DNA of 64,000 nucleotides from Yuukianura sp. NJ FZ-2021 (Eukaryota): NCBI GenBank assembly GCA_046563655.1, contig CM102283.1, positions 4,836,001 to 4,900,000 of the forward strand, read 5' to 3'. Shown piece by piece: positions 62,281 to 64,000 of this stretch (position 1 is its first letter; each line of letters starts with the position of its first letter). The notes under the pieces were generated by a model. It saw only the letters and a program-made list of their open reading frames with translations, ran no database searches and was not told where the DNA came from. The position numbers and the translations under genes were made by a program.

Positions 62281-64000
62281 ATGTGGTCCAATGTCATCAT
62301 CGACGGTGACTCACCTCAAGGCAGATGTAAACACGCTGTAGTTCTGGTCAAACACGATTTGTATTTATACGGAGGTTGGTATTAAAAGCATTTAATCATC
62401 CAATTACTAATAAATACGTAGTGCTTAAGCTAGGGACGAATTATTATGGAATTCTGAAAATTCAATCTACAAGTTAGTATGTGATCTGCTAGTATCTGCT
62501 GCTTAGTGTATTCACGGGCTGAATAGCTGAGCTGAACTCATTAAATTTTTAGAAATCCAAAATGATTTTACTCTTTGGTAATTGCAGGCAAATCAGGATC
62601 GTCGTATTTGAAAGACTTCTGGAAATTGGAACTTTGTAAGTTATATTGATGGAACTTGCAACGTAATGATGACAAGTGGCCTTTGCCTCTAACTAAGAAT
62701 GTTTTTACTCGGATAGGTGCTGGGCGATGGAGTCGAGTCAAGGGCAGAAACTCTCCACCACCATTGCAGGAACACACCATGGTTCATCACCAGGAACAAA
62801 TCTATATGTTCGGAGGAGAGATCGGAATCGGTGACAACACTCCGTTATGGATCTTCAACCTCAAAGTGCGTGGGATAAGCTCTAAAAATCATTGACAGTT
62901 CGGGATTCGTTAGGATCAATTTGTTTTCAATGTTAGAAAATGGAGTGGAGGAAGTGGAAAGGAGACTCCAAAGTTAAGTCCCCTTCTGGGTCCAGAGGTC
63001 ACGTTGCTGCCGTGCATTCTGGTTACATGCTGATTCACGGGGGCTATCGTGATTTGAAAGGAAGCTTAGGAGATATTTGGGCGTTTCATTTTGGTAACTT
63101 TTAAAAGGCGATGAGTTCATACGTATGAACATGTTCATGTTAATGAGTTTAATACTGCTGTTTTCAGAAACGGAGTCTTGGCATATTTTCTATCAACACC
63201 AATCTCCTGCCTGGTACAACTCATTTCCAGCAGCTCGTCATTCTCATGCCGGAATTATGCACGGTGGAGGCCTCTTCATTTATGGTGGAATGTCAGATTT
63301 GGAGGAAAAGGGGGACTTCTGGAAGTTTGATTTAGGTAAACTCTAACCTCTCGTACCCGTTACAAAAAACTTCATAACTCGTTTTATTCAAACACAAAAC
63401 CAAAACGTTGTTTCTTGCATTCTAGACTCTCAGTGCTGGATTCAATTAAAATGCAAACCAAATCCAGGCGCGGTTGCGGGTCCTTTGATGACGAAAGCCT
63501 TTGGTTTCATCTTTCTTTATGCTGGTGACAGAAATGGACGAGCAACGGACGAGTTGTGGCGATTTTCGTTTTGTAAGCAAAATAACCATAGATTTTCTCT
63601 TGTACGCCGCCTCTTAACCATTCACTGAAAATTTTTTTTGTACGTTGCAGTCAGCGATACATGGGAGAAGTTTTCTTTTCACGGAGTTAAACCGACTCCA
63701 GCCCTATATGCCGCAGTGGCAATGCTTCCAGCCATTATTAAAGTGAAAAACAACTCCGGATTGACGACTAAACGTAATGGCGTTGCAATACAGGGAAGAA
63801 GGGAGGAAGACGGTTCTTATTGGTGGGACAACACGGCCCATGACGATGCCAAAGTCAGCACCGCAAACCACATGACTTCGCTCCTGAAACGCATGAGTAG
63901 TGGAACCTATCAGATGCTGGGATCTGCTCCGGACGAAGAATGTGACGAATGGAAAAACGGTGACTCCAGTCCAGATGAGTTTGACGACTCGCCACTCTCG
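62281..64000 (+). CDS. Kelch-repeat beta-propeller protein, truncated by the window end
   Basis: Repeated blades: GRCKHAVV..LYLYGG, LQEHTMV..IYMFGG, SRGHVAA..MLIHGG, ARHSHAGI..LFIYGG, each followed by a W-x-F/L motif. Confidence 0.9.

Overview
Eukaryotic, compact animal genome with short GT-AG introns; the gene content looks arthropod-like (springtail-like is my guess, not shown). Bases 1-10,200 are two abutting satellite arrays: about 53 copies of a ~173-bp monomer, then 5 copies of a ~195/210-bp monomer. A gene-dense block follows. It holds an unannotated spliced 50-aa micropeptide ORF that appears to share a transcript with NDUFB1, then TBC1D9-like, Sec61alpha, a degenerate bZIP fused to a C19orf47-type SAM domain, a defensin-like peptide, a C2H2 zinc-finger protein, a PDZ-DH-PH RhoGEF-like gene, a tandem-domain PTP with degenerate catalytic motifs, and KIF17. 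From ~49 to 62 kb there is an accessory, transposon-rich block. It holds a nearly intronless HEPN-TPR-Sel1 gene with a decayed MYND tail, a Helitron nested in a foldback element, nested MITEs, and a secreted Cys-rich gene with two duplicated alternative last exons. A kelch-repeat gene runs off the end of the window. Best leads: the bicistronic micropeptide/NDUFB1 locus, the HEPN RNase-TPR/Sel1 protein, the bZIP-SAM fusion with an ATF4-like leader, and the switchable Cys-rich terminal exons. Family calls come from recognising motifs by eye; no searches were run.
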